A stretch of 64,000 bases of DNA. It comes from an uncultured delta proteobacterium (GTDB taxonomy: Bacteria > Desulfobacterota > Desulfobaccia > Desulfobaccales > 0-14-0-80-60-11). The DNA lies in contig CAWETI010000003.1 in NCBI GenBank assembly GCA_963812015.1, positions 480,001 to 544,000 of the forward strand, read 5' to 3'. Each line of letters starts with the position of its first letter. Position 1 is the stretch's first letter. Both the position numbers and the translations under genes were made by a program. A model generated the notes under the pieces. The model was not told the DNA's origin and did no database searches. It saw only the letters and a list, made by a program, of their open reading frames with translations. Positions 19,501-28,176 of the stretch are shown in pieces.

Positions 19501-20604
19501 GGCCAATTCTCGGAGTTCGGCTTCACCTATGGAGCCTATGATCCCGGGCAGACTGCCGCCATCGCCCTGGGATGTCTCTTCATTTATCTGCGGAACGGCC
19601 ATGACGGGGCGGCTGCCTGGGTCCGGCGCCTCCTGGATGATCTCCGGGAAAACCGCGGGGACCCGGGGTTCGGCGGTTATAAGAGCGATTACCATTACGC
19701 CTGGCTCAACAGCCTGGTGCTCCGGGCCTTTGGGCTGGCGTCCCGGGGCGCGGCCGGGCAATCGTATGTCTTCCCGGCCAGGCCCGAAGACGGGGAACAA
19801 TTCGACCGCCTGATGGCCTGGGTCTGGGCCCATGCCGGGGACGAGAAGCCCAACGTCCTCAACGCCGACCTGATTCCGTTTGCTTACAGCGAGGCGGCGG
19901 ATGTCTGGGAATACGTCCCGAACTACCTGGCCATGAGCCAGATGGGGACCCTGGAGGCGGTGGTGGCCATGCTGGGCGCGGCCCTGGAACACGGCAAGGC
20001 AACGGGGGAGTGGACCTGGTGGCAGACCCTGCTGGACTTTATTCTGCTGGATAACCTGGTGGGGCTGTCCTCATCCCAGATCCGCGCCCTGACGCTGGCC
20101 TATGAGCAGACCGGCTCCAAAAACCTGGTGCGGGTGCTTTACGCCGACTACGACACGGACAATGACAAATATGCCGAGGCCCGGGAGACGGCGGCCATCA
20201 GCGCCTGGGGCGAGCAGGCCCTGGACCTGGATTGTCGCTACGGCTCCACGGTGATCCTGGAAGATCCGGAACTGGCCCAACTCCTGGCTTCCCGCCTGCT
20301 GGCCCGACTGGCGGCCCCCCGGGAACTGGCCGAAGTCCAGACCTGGCTGGAAGGAGTGCGCCTGGAACTGGGAGACACGGTGGCGCTCTCTTCGGACTTT
20401 CATGGGTTGGACCAGGAGGAATTTACCGTGAGCGGGAAAGACCTGGACCTGGGGGGGCGGTTGGTGCGCCTGAGCCTGGACCGGCCTTTGAACACCTCCT
20501 GGTCCTGGGCGGTGGACGCCCCGGGCGGCGCCAACGACGCCTGGGCCATCGACGTGGCCAGTTCCTATGACGGCAACTGGGCCTATCGGGCCGAGGCGGG
20601 ATAA
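16510..20604 (+). CDS. Large tail tip protein with LamG/ConA-like domain and C-terminal hub-like domain; probable true start 16456 is interrupted by TAG
   Basis: LamG-like GFWHFNG...DFTLEM...FQGRIDLIRVH; C-terminal NLVRVLYAD...RLELGDTVAL...VRLSL. Confidence 0.7.
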   Translation: MGGTPLQAAVAGNWQQAVATVDSAGRVEIGTPNPGGGQVCWVRGVWRLDTQFPWEGFWAEPMGGDVANYYPGGSFANEADLTTITLGTALPAGTPVQLYYLYLTGEQAIKYEPLNNYPCIRRAYRARDDYTYDFAVDRMLELMVLLHLAGRETGRDYGALIRFIWDAFEKREAPRTSPLMHDDFERQQWDRGAHLLYRGATYGATAFQAFQIELASGGGRALHVKAALPTTQDAAWFGYGLDWSLATDPFKAMDRLTFTLQGAGSTSLMHNLTKIGSGSATMLLLGDYAKQEKRRFLVQMESTGEVGAATFRWSRDEGLTWEATGLTSGNRQHPVVLEDELAVAWEGGDGTDLVAGDYWMFWAGEPAIHPRRLLVTLNDSSPDDSDPWGLEHTYIHAIPDRFTEATAFDLPFSQFWRRDNLIEDGDRVQAMWGSWYSATQQDAGDITIGTREETEVLLGETFYTQRQITWDLTGAATAFGAWAGIDTGRCSSAGRVNVNFLIKPVVSGVSSLTIRVKVKDAQGSYFYREVTVPVNDWQRVSVALGEMALESGSYPLTHPIQVVDIGCPSSPPSNGTFYLTDLKFDEHVTFAGADRLRTLEFKMEQQGLVEHEWWLDEVALNLTASDPYPYAPRQAISLTPYGQNPWRGPTLVHYAHPLAPYLVGALDLSQTYLGLHRDAQEEYTRRYGGAPGPIMPVHTRNDVENIPLCGEEDFLRFSWWRRYRDFGKVAGFWHFNGALTDASGRGHTLAWQGDGTPSYADGVCQPGPTALDLDGSHYLSLDDADLNLGTEDFTLEMVLKPGTLVDGARLISKIATGGAGFEVCLGPGGAVQLVMADSSGASVLTPNPGLSLDTANHHYLAVSGDRDGQFTFCVVGSLGTGAAARPGSLDNGAAFTVGRRAGTAAGFFQGRIDLIRVHRGRALGGAELQDTWGIIQGRVNGSAYPEVGSGLGQYWAFLRLAEFFFLSNDAGAETILLNWLTWIDEVGAPDGNGWKVPGQFSEFGFTYGAYDPGQTAAIALGCLFIYLRNGHDGAAAWVRRLLDDLRENRGDPGFGGYKSDYHYAWLNSLVLRAFGLASRGAAGQSYVFPARPEDGEQFDRLMAWVWAHAGDEKPNVLNADLIPFAYSEAADVWEYVPNYLAMSQMGTLEAVVAMLGAALEHGKATGEWTWWQTLLDFILLDNLVGLSSSQIRALTLAYEQTGSKNLVRVLYADYDTDNDKYAEARETAAISAWGEQALDLDCRYGSTVILEDPELAQLLASRLLARLAAPRELAEVQTWLEGVRLELGDTVALSSDFHGLDQEEFTVSGKDLDLGGRLVRLSLDRPLNTSWSWAVDAPGGANDAWAIDVASSYDGNWAYRAEAG

Positions 20605-20666
20605 TTCCGGGGAGAGACCGCACCCCTCTCCCCCCATATTTCAATCAGGTTAAGCGAGGTTAATCC

Positions 20667-21722
20667 ATGTCTCTGATTTCCCTTCCCCAGAGCAAATGGG
20701 GCAGCGGCACCGGCCGCCAGGTTATTTTGAAAGGCGATTTCGCCAAGATCGAGCAGGCGCTTTTGGAGGGCTTCGACCTCACTCGGGGCCCCGGGCTGGA
20801 ATACGTGGACAGCGCCACCCTCCGGGTCAATGCCACGGGCGACTGCAAGGCCCGGGTGATGATGGGCGGTTTTCCTTCCCCCCTGGCCCGGGGCCACTGG
20901 GTGGATGGGGGCCTGAGCGATGGCCGCTACCGGGAGAACGCCGCCGCGGTGAGCCTGAACCTGGCCACCGCCGGGCAAATCTGGGGCACCGAGAAGTCCG
21001 CCCAGTGGTATGCCGTCTATGCCCTGGCGGGAGCCACTGACACCATCTTCTCCCTGAAAGCCATGCCGCTCATCAGGGTGGCTTCCCAGGACGGGCAGGT
21101 GATCACCCTGAGAAACAACGCCAATGGGGCCAACATCGGCTATGGGTTCACCGCCAACGAACTGGCGGGGGCCGCGCTCCTGATCCTCAGCGGCGCGTCC
21201 CGGGGCCTGGTCCGGGCCATCACCGCCAACAATGACGACAACGCCACCGGGGGCACCATCACCTATGGGGGCGCGGCCCTGAGCCTGGCCCAGGGGGATT
21301 GGGGCGTGGTCCTGCCGGCCACCAACTTTCGGTACCTCGGCATGATATTGAACGATGCCAGCGGCAACCTGGTCCCCTTTTACCAGGAAGGGGGCCGCAC
21401 CAGTTACCGCAGCCCCCGGCAGTTATGCGCCGGGGCCCTGAACGGCTATACCCTGATGGACCTGGGCCTGGTGGCGCCGCCGACGGCGTATGTGCTTACA
21501 GGGTATGCGGCGGGCGCGGCCGGCTACGACGTGAAGCTGGCCGTGTCCTACGACGGCAGCACCCCGGCCCTGGTGGTTCACGCGGCCCCGCCGTCCGGGA
21601 CCTTCCAGGGCGAGCGGGGGGCCATCCCCTTTGCCTGCCAGGTTCTGCCGGGGGACCGGGTGTATCTGAACAATGAGAACACCGCCAATCAGGCGGTCAA
21701 GATTACGGGTTGGAGGGAATGA
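20667..21722 (+). CDS. Putative tail fibre/accessory virion protein
   Basis: 351 aa; WYAVYA, FRYLGMILNDASGNLVPFYQ patterns seen in fibre proteins; position. Confidence 0.55.
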   Translation: MSLISLPQSKWGSGTGRQVILKGDFAKIEQALLEGFDLTRGPGLEYVDSATLRVNATGDCKARVMMGGFPSPLARGHWVDGGLSDGRYRENAAAVSLNLATAGQIWGTEKSAQWYAVYALAGATDTIFSLKAMPLIRVASQDGQVITLRNNANGANIGYGFTANELAGAALLILSGASRGLVRAITANNDDNATGGTITYGGAALSLAQGDWGVVLPATNFRYLGMILNDASGNLVPFYQEGGRTSYRSPRQLCAGALNGYTLMDLGLVAPPTAYVLTGYAAGAAGYDVKLAVSYDGSTPALVVHAAPPSGTFQGERGAIPFACQVLPGDRVYLNNENTANQAVKITGWRE

Positions 21723-21982
21723 TGACGCTGGAAGGCAAGAAAACCTATATCACGGCGACGGTGCTGGCCCTGGCCAGTTTTGCCCTGGCCATGGACTGGC
21801 TGAGCAAAGAACAGTACCAGGTGATCGTCGGCCTGGTGGGCTCCCTGGGACTGGCGGCGCTGCGGTCCGGGGTGGCCAAGGGCGCCGGGGATCAGGCTAA
21901 GGAAGGTGGCCAGGACGAGGCGGTGACTTTTGTCGGAGGGGCCAGGTCTGCGGCCAGGTCCAGCATCGGCGGCAATGGCTAA
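21719..21982 (+). CDS. Holin-like two-TM protein
   Basis: LEGKKTY followed by two hydrophobic helices; ggaggg RBS; adjacent Met-Met starts. Confidence 0.55.
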   Translation: MMTLEGKKTYITATVLALASFALAMDWLSKEQYQVIVGLVGSLGLAALRSGVAKGAGDQAKEGGQDEAVTFVGGARSAARSSIGGNG

Positions 21983-22038
21983 AGGAAAAAACGGGGTGGC
22001 AGGCGGGGTGCCCCCTTGAATAATTCCTGGGAAAAACC

Positions 22039-22305
22039 ATGATGTATTATCAAGACCTGAGTGAACACGTGGGGGCCCTGGTCACACTGCTGGGCCTTTT
22101 CGCCGGGGTGAGCGGCTTTTTGGTGTGGCGTATGCTGGCGCGCATGGAGAAGAAGTTGGACGAGCTGGCGCACCATTTTTGCAGTTGCCGGGAGGAGCTG
22201 GGCGAGCGCTTTGTCCCCCGGTTTGAGCATGAGGTGGAGCACCACGGTGTGTGGGAGGCCCTCAATTACCACAGTCACGATATACGGGGGAGGGTGGTGC
22301 GATGA
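22039..22305 (+). CDS. Single-TM small protein (possible lysis accessory)
   Basis: Hydrophobic ALVTLLGLFAGVSGFLVW followed by a coiled segment. Confidence 0.55.
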   Translation: MMYYQDLSEHVGALVTLLGLFAGVSGFLVWRMLARMEKKLDELAHHFCSCREELGERFVPRFEHEVEHHGVWEALNYHSHDIRGRVVR

Positions 22306-22517
22306 TTGAAGACCGGGTGGATTGTCTGGTCAACCATTTACATGTCACCTGTCTGACCCTCATCAGGCTCAAGAAAGAGGCGGTCTATGGTCAGGATCCC
22401 GGCTTCCTGGAGCTTTTGGGTGGATATTTACTGCATAGCCGTCAGTTAATGGACCTCATCCGGGACCGGGAGGAAACGGGAAAACCGCGCCGGGGGCGGT
22501 TTGCGTACCCCTGCTGA
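22302..22517 (+). CDS. Hypothetical protein
   Basis: ATGA overlap, ggaggg RBS; MIEDRVDCLVNHL. Confidence 0.5.
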   Translation: MIEDRVDCLVNHLHVTCLTLIRLKKEAVYGQDPGFLELLGGYLLHSRQLMDLIRDREETGKPRRGRFAYPC

Positions 22518-23179
22518 AGGGGAGTAGGCCGGCGGGGCCAGGCCGCCCCCGGGTGGATGGGATTGCGGCCGGCCTTGGAAAGGCGCAGCCGGGAAAAGAC
22601 CGGGGGCCCCCGTCCCCTGTCTTCCCCGGGTGGTTCGCATCCTCCGGGATATACACCTTGTGGATTTACCAAGGCCGATTTGGTCCAATTTGAAACAATT
22701 CCCGAGTTTAGTTTTCCTTTTATATTTTAGACAGAATCCAATCCCTTGGACAGCTTGGTTAATTACCAAACTCTAAGAAGAGCAACTACAAACCAATTAT
22801 CAGTTTTGGCAAAGAATGTGCATATATATTTGACGCAGCATTTCAGGAAAATTATCGTCTAAAATCAGGGGAAGCCCCGATAGCCATTTTGAGAATATCA
22901 GATATAAAGGTCATTAAAAAATTGGTAGTGCATCAGTTTGAAAACTTGCCTCAGCGGATTTGCCCTTGGATTCAAGCCGTTCAGAATTATTCTGATGTTA
23001 ACTTTATCAAGGATTTACTATCAAAAAATCAGGACCCCCAAATGGTCATTTTTGAGCGAGTCAATTATTTTGGCGGAGAATTTTTGTGTTGGATTTTTTC
23101 GATTGTCTAGTATAGAGATAGTAATGACTGTCAATTTTTGAAAAATCCACGGGCCATGTGAAAAATAGAACAATATCTA

Positions 23180-23206
23180 TTGACAAGGGCGCAAATATGA
23201 TAATAT
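23180..23206 (+). promoter_or_regulatory. Possible sigma70 promoter of the AT-rich operon
   Basis: TTGACA at 23180 and extended -10 TGnTAATAT at 23198-23206; the 15-bp spacer is short. Confidence 0.4.
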
Positions 23207-23230
23207 CGCCAAAGGATGGAGGGGACACCA

Positions 23231-23566
23231 ATGTCTAATGAGGCTCCTAAGCCACGGCAACTTGCTATTTTTTATAAAAAAAATGAATATTATAGATTAT
23301 TGCCAGCTACAGGCGCGTTTGGTGGCCCGAGCCCAACTGGTGATATTATAGTTGATTTTTTTGTGGAGAGACAAACTCATCCGGAAAAAATAATTTTAGA
23401 ACTTGATCCATCTGGACCAAAAGAGATTAAGAGAGAGGGCGAGAGGATTGTAAGAGAAATACAGGTAGGCATTTTGCTTAGGCCAGACCGTGCCCATGCT
23501 ATTGGGAAATGGCTTATTGAAAAGGCAAGTCAGGCTGGATTCTCAGAGATGGAGATAAAGCATTGA
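23231..23566 (+). CDS. Hypothetical protein (DUF3467-like pattern)
   Basis: GAFGGPSPTGDIIVDFFVER...REIQVGILLRPDRAHAIGKWL; ggaggg RBS. Confidence 0.7.
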   Translation: MSNEAPKPRQLAIFYKKNEYYRLLPATGAFGGPSPTGDIIVDFFVERQTHPEKIILELDPSGPKEIKREGERIVREIQVGILLRPDRAHAIGKWLIEKASQAGFSEMEIKH

Positions 23567-24060
23567 GTACTGATTGGACTGTTGAAAAATCAAATTATTG
23601 TTTAGGAGTTCTGGATGAATCTGCGCCTGCGCGCCCACTTGATTATTTGATCAGGGTATGCGGATCAACAGCGGAAGACCTAGAATTTTATGTTGCTGGA
23701 ACGGAAAAGTTTAAAACCCATTTTGGCAATATTTTTGGTTATTTTAAGATAGTCAGAGATACTTTAAAAGAGGTTATATTATCACAAAAAAGGTCTTTGG
23801 AATATCATGGCGTTTATAATGCATTTTTAATGGGACAGACATCTGAGATTGAATTTGAGAAAATAGCGAAAAAATTTACTTATAAGCCAAAATCTATTAA
23901 TGCAAAGATATTATCTTCTAAGATAAATATACTTTTTAATATCACTAAAATTGATTATTCTCCTTCGGAATTAGCCGATCTTTTCCGTTGTAATATTAAT
24001 GATGTGACAACAGCTATTAAGTTAATGCCACGTAATAATTCATTAGGAGATGTGCAGTGA
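23563..24060 (+). CDS. Hypothetical protein with possible C-terminal HTH
   Basis: 4-nt overlap with the upstream gene; YSPSELADLFRCNINDV. Confidence 0.6.
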   Translation: MSTDWTVEKSNYCLGVLDESAPARPLDYLIRVCGSTAEDLEFYVAGTEKFKTHFGNIFGYFKIVRDTLKEVILSQKRSLEYHGVYNAFLMGQTSEIEFEKIAKKFTYKPKSINAKILSSKINILFNITKIDYSPSELADLFRCNINDVTTAIKLMPRNNSLGDVQ

Positions 24061-24446
24061 TTTTAACTGAAGTCTGTACATCTATTGAAGGGGAGAAAGT
24101 ATTTCTGCAATGTAGACAATTTAATCCATTCCTGCCACGCATTGATTTGAAAATCGGCTGCTTAATTTATCCATTTAAAATGGGGGTAAGTTCTAAGGCT
24201 ATAGTTGAAGAGGAATTAAACCCAAAAGAACATAAATTCAGAGTTGAATCAATATTACATAAAGATACTTGCATAAAGGGAGAAACGATTGATGGCTTTG
24301 CGATAAAACCGCTAAAGGCAACAAAGATAATACACACAGGTGCACATAGAGGGAGGGTTATTAATACCAACTGCTTTACCTTTGCGCATATAGAAATTGG
24401 CTTTAGAGCACTTCTCCAAAAGAAAGAAAAGGAAAAAAAGAAATAA
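24057..24446 (+). CDS. Hypothetical basic protein
   Basis: GTGA overlap, aggag RBS, Lys-rich tail. Confidence 0.6.
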   Translation: MILTEVCTSIEGEKVFLQCRQFNPFLPRIDLKIGCLIYPFKMGVSSKAIVEEELNPKEHKFRVESILHKDTCIKGETIDGFAIKPLKATKIIHTGAHRGRVINTNCFTFAHIEIGFRALLQKKEKEKKK

Positions 24447-24760
24447 ACATAAAACCATTCTGCGATTCCTATTAATCGGCCAACCTGCAATTTCCTCCAA
24501 GCTCCAAACATGATCGGCAATGCCCGCCTTTCACCCTCCCCCCTCCAGAGATAAAAAACCTGCCGCAAGCTGAACATGAGGAACGGCCCCCCTGTCTGTG
24601 CATGGCAAATGGCGTGGGGCGCAGGGCGCAACCTGTAGGGGCATTACTTGGGCCAAGCCTCCGCTTTTGCTGACTGCTGACCGCTCTGGATAAACCTGCT
24701 CCTGGGTTGACGGTCAGCGGTTTTTCTGATAGGCCTGTGGATAATAAGGGATGGTAGGGC

Positions 24761-25372
24761 ATGAACCTGTTAGACCTGGGAATCATTGTTCTTCTGGGCT
24801 TGATTGCCCTGAGAGGCTATTACCGGGGCCTGTTCCAGGAGGTGGCGGTCCTGGTGGGCGTGGTGGGGGGCGTGGTGGTGGCGGCCCATACCTACCTCCG
24901 CCTGGCGGGGTGGTTAAAACCCTGGATCACCGACCCGCAACATGCCCGGTGGATCGCCTTTGCCGTGGTGTTGGTGGCGGTCTACTGGCTCACCCGGTTG
25001 GCGGCCCACTTTATTCAGCGAGTCCTTTACCATCTCTACCTGGATTTTTTTGACCGCCTACTGGGCGGGGTTTTTGCCCTGGCCAAGGGGGCGCTTTTGG
25101 TGGGATTCGGTCTGATGTTCCTGGGGGTGGTGATTCCGAAGGACTCCCACCTGTTTAAAGACTCCGCCATCGCTCCCCACCTCATCTCCCTCTCCCGGCA
25201 AGCTCTCGGGTTACTGCCACCGGACTTCAAGCAACGCCTGAACGATTATCTGAAGGAATGGCGCCAGCCCCGGGAAAAGTACCAGGCCGACGAATCCCGG
25301 CCCCCGGAGGACCAGGAGCCCCAGACCCCCGTCGCCCCCAGGCGCAATCTGGGGAAGAGCCCCCGGGCTTAA
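24761..25372 (+). CDS. cvpA: CvpA family membrane protein
   Basis: MNLLDLGII...RGYYRGLFQEV, DRLLGGVF motifs. Confidence 0.88.
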   Translation: MNLLDLGIIVLLGLIALRGYYRGLFQEVAVLVGVVGGVVVAAHTYLRLAGWLKPWITDPQHARWIAFAVVLVAVYWLTRLAAHFIQRVLYHLYLDFFDRLLGGVFALAKGALLVGFGLMFLGVVIPKDSHLFKDSAIAPHLISLSRQALGLLPPDFKQRLNDYLKEWRQPREKYQADESRPPEDQEPQTPVAPRRNLGKSPRA

Positions 25373-25430
25373 AGCAGCCGGTCCCGCCGGTATTCGGCCC
25401 GGGCCCATCTTATTCTGGAGCTGATTGGGT

Positions 25431-26237
25431 ATGAACGGTAAAAACGGCGATCCGGGTGCGGCGCTGAATGAATTTGTGGCCATTGTGCGGCGATTGCGGG
25501 GCCCGGGAGGATGCCCCTGGGACGCCCAGCAGACCCCGGAGACCTTAAAGACCTATGTCCTGGAAGAAGCTTACGAATTAATCGAGGCCCTGGACAGCGG
25601 CGATCCTCAGATGATCAAAGAGGAATTGGGGGACCTACTGCTGCACCTGGTATTCTTGAGCGACCTCTACCAGGAGCGGGGTACGTTTTCCCTGGCGGAT
25701 GTGACCGCGGGGATCGCGGCCAAGATGATCCACCGGCATCCCCATGTATTTGGGGACGCCAAGGCCGAGACCCAGGAAGAACTGGGCCGCCTCTGGCAGC
25801 AGGCCAAGGCCCAGGAGGGTAAGGAGCCGGCGGTCCCCTCCCTGGGCAAGGTCTCTCCGGCCCTGCCGGCCCTGGTCCAGGCCCAGCGTCTGGGGGAGGC
25901 TGCGGCCCGCATGGGTTTCGATTGGCCCAACGTCAAGGGCGCCTTGGACAAGGTCGAGGAGGAATGGCAGGAGCTGCGCGAGGCCCTGTCCCAACCCGCT
26001 AATCTGGCCTGGGAGGAAGAACTGGGGGACCTGCTCTTCTCTCTGGTCAACGTGGCCCGCTTCCTCAATATCGATTCCGAAGGGGCTTTGAGGCGCACCA
26101 TTTTTAAATTTATCAAACGGTTCAACGTGGTGGAACGGACCCTGGCCAAGGCGGGCAAGACCCCGGAGACCGCCACCCTGGAGGAGATGGATGCCATTTG
26201 GGAAGCCTGCAAAGCGAAGAAAGCCCAATCCCCGTGA
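25431..26237 (+). CDS. mazG: Nucleoside triphosphate pyrophosphohydrolase MazG
   Basis: GCPWD.QQT, EEAYE, EELGDLL twice, HRHPHVF. Confidence 0.93.
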   Translation: MNGKNGDPGAALNEFVAIVRRLRGPGGCPWDAQQTPETLKTYVLEEAYELIEALDSGDPQMIKEELGDLLLHLVFLSDLYQERGTFSLADVTAGIAAKMIHRHPHVFGDAKAETQEELGRLWQQAKAQEGKEPAVPSLGKVSPALPALVQAQRLGEAAARMGFDWPNVKGALDKVEEEWQELREALSQPANLAWEEELGDLLFSLVNVARFLNIDSEGALRRTIFKFIKRFNVVERTLAKAGKTPETATLEEMDAIWEACKAKKAQSP

Positions 26238-26346
26238 GGGCCTATCCTCAGCGGGAAGCAGGTTGGGCCCATGAGTTTTTCCCAAGCATCCTTGTCAAGA
26301 CCGGGAAAAGGTGATAGATTCAACCAGTTTAAGGGGTTAATGCTTT

Positions 26347-28176
26347 ATGCCAGCCAGCCGGTCCCGGAGAACTTACCGCCTGAGCCTGACCATCCTGGCC
26401 ATCCTGGTCATGGCTGTCCTGCTGTCCACCCTCTTCTATACCTTCTGGCAGCGACTGAATAAGCAGGTGGTGGTTATCCTCCGGGATCAATTTAATCAGC
26501 AGCAGTTGATGCTGGCCAGGAAAATCGCCGACAACGTCGAGTCCTATTTCGACTTCCTGGAGAACGCCCTCCTGGGATATGCCGGCCTGTTCCAAACCAC
26601 CCCGCCCGACGAGGGGACCCTCGATGCATCCCTGGAAGAAAGGTTTGCCCGGCACAAGCGTTTCGGCCTGTTGGAGATTACCCGTTACAACTCCGAAGGC
26701 GTGAGGGTTCAGTCCTTCAGCGTCTCCGCCAATCCTCCTTCGGCCGGCAGCCGGCCTCTGCCCGCCGACTTCCTGAAGTGGGCCCAGGACCCCGGGCACC
26801 GCGGCCGCCTGTTTCTGAGCAAGACCTTTGATTATCCCGGCCCCCCCTGGCAAGGCCGGAGGGTGATGCGGTTTATTACGCCGCTCTATTGGGGAAAGAC
26901 GCCAAAATTCGCCGGGGTGCTGGAATTTCTCATCGACCCCTTTTTTATCTGTGCAAAAGTTACGGCGGGCGTGCGCTCCGGGCAAACCGGCTATGCCTGG
27001 ATCATTGACCAAAACCTGATCATGCTGGCCCACTACGAGAAGGATTTTGTGGGGTATGAAGCCATGGAAATCCGCCTCGCCCGCAACCCCAAGATCGTCT
27101 TTCGGGGGTTGCGCGAGCTCCACGCACACATCCTGGCGGGCCAGGAAGGGGTCACGGAATACGACTCCGGCTGGCACCGCCAGAAGCTGGGACAGATGCC
27201 GAAGTTAGCGGCCTATACCCCCATCAGGTTTAACAAAGGGTTGATCACGGGTGTAACCGACATGGAAGACCCGGCCCACAACCTTTGGGGGGTCTGCGTG
27301 GTGGCGCCGGTGGCGGAAGTGTATGGCAGCATCAGCCAGGTCCTGCACCAGGAATTATTTCTGGTGGGCCTGTTCTTCATCGTGGTGTTGGGGGCGGCGG
27401 GGGCGTTCATCGGCACCGCCTTCTTCTGGAGCAAGAGCCTGAGCCGCCAGGTGGAGTTGAAGACCGAGGAGTTGATGGAGTCCCAGGAGCGCCTGCTGCG
27501 CTCGGAGCGGTTTGCCGCGGTGGGGGAGGCGGCCGCTTATGTCAGCCATGAAATCAAGAATCCCCTGATGGTCATCGGCGGCCTGGCCAACCAGGTGGAG
27601 CGGCGCCTCCCCGAGGACCCGGCGGCTCAGGAGAAGCTCCATATCATCCAGAACGAAGTGAAGCGCCTGGAGTCTTTCCTGGGGGAATTGCGGGATTTCC
27701 TGCGCCCGGCCCAGCCCAGCAAACAGGAAATCAACCTGAACCAGGTGATCCAGGAGGTGGTGGCCTTGATGGAAGACGCCATCCAGGAAAAGGGGGTCAG
27801 CCTGGTGGCCCGGTTGGACCCGGACTTGCCTCCCATAGAGGCCGACCCCAACCAACTCAAGCAGGTCTTGCTGAATCTGCTCAAGAATGCCTTGGAGGCC
27901 ACGGAAGACCAAGGTAAAATCCTGATAAGCTCCGGGGCCCGAGACTCTCAGGTGTGGTTTGAGGTTCAGGATACGGGCAGGGGGATGGGCGAGGACGTGC
28001 TGGAAAAGATTTTCCATCCCTTTTATACTACCAAGGATAAGGGCACCGGCTTGGGACTGGCGGTGATCAATAAGATTGTCACCGATCACCACGGCACCAT
28101 TTCGGTGGACAGCGTCGCCGGAAGTGGCAGTACCTTCACGGTGAGATTGCCGCAAAAAGGCCCTGATGCTGCGTAA
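26347..28176 (+). CDS. Sensor histidine kinase with Cache-like periplasmic domain
   Basis: Two TMs, TGYAWIID, SHEIKNPL H-box, N, G1 and G2 boxes. Confidence 0.9.
   Translation: MPASRSRRTYRLSLTILAILVMAVLLSTLFYTFWQRLNKQVVVILRDQFNQQQLMLARKIADNVESYFDFLENALLGYAGLFQTTPPDEGTLDASLEERFARHKRFGLLEITRYNSEGVRVQSFSVSANPPSAGSRPLPADFLKWAQDPGHRGRLFLSKTFDYPGPPWQGRRVMRFITPLYWGKTPKFAGVLEFLIDPFFICAKVTAGVRSGQTGYAWIIDQNLIMLAHYEKDFVGYEAMEIRLARNPKIVFRGLRELHAHILAGQEGVTEYDSGWHRQKLGQMPKLAAYTPIRFNKGLITGVTDMEDPAHNLWGVCVVAPVAEVYGSISQVLHQELFLVGLFFIVVLGAAGAFIGTAFFWSKSLSRQVELKTEELMESQERLLRSERFAAVGEAAAYVSHEIKNPLMVIGGLANQVERRLPEDPAAQEKLHIIQNEVKRLESFLGELRDFLRPAQPSKQEINLNQVIQEVVALMEDAIQEKGVSLVARLDPDLPPIEADPNQLKQVLLNLLKNALEATEDQGKILISSGARDSQVWFEVQDTGRGMGEDVLEKIFHPFYTTKDKGTGLGLAVINKIVTDHHGTISVDSVAGSGSTFTVRLPQKGPDAA

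Larger units (their letters stand above)
1..22517 (+). mobile_element. Mu-like head / non-contractile short-tail phage-derived gene cluster (prophage or GTA-like element), left part outside window
   Basis: More than 20 co-directional ORFs in phage order: terminase, portal, protease, capsid, head-tail, tail tube, chaperone, tape measure, tail tip, holin-like. No transposase, integrase or replication gene inside the window. Confidence 0.9.

Noticed and set aside
11053..21722. Contractile tailocin, eCIS or T6SS
   Set aside because: No sheath, baseplate J/wedge or VgrG/PAAR genes, and head and DNA packaging genes are present.
22518..22700. Mu right end with transposase binding sites
   Set aside because: No repeated end motifs identifiable, and the left end is unavailable for comparison.
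22889..23141. Short ORFs in the AT-rich spacer
   Set aside because: No RBS or recognisable motifs, and they overlap each other in different frames.
24736..24744. Perfect DnaA box TGTGGATAA as part of an origin
   Set aside because: Only one perfect box, with no cluster, unwinding element or dnaA gene; at most a promoter site for cvpA.
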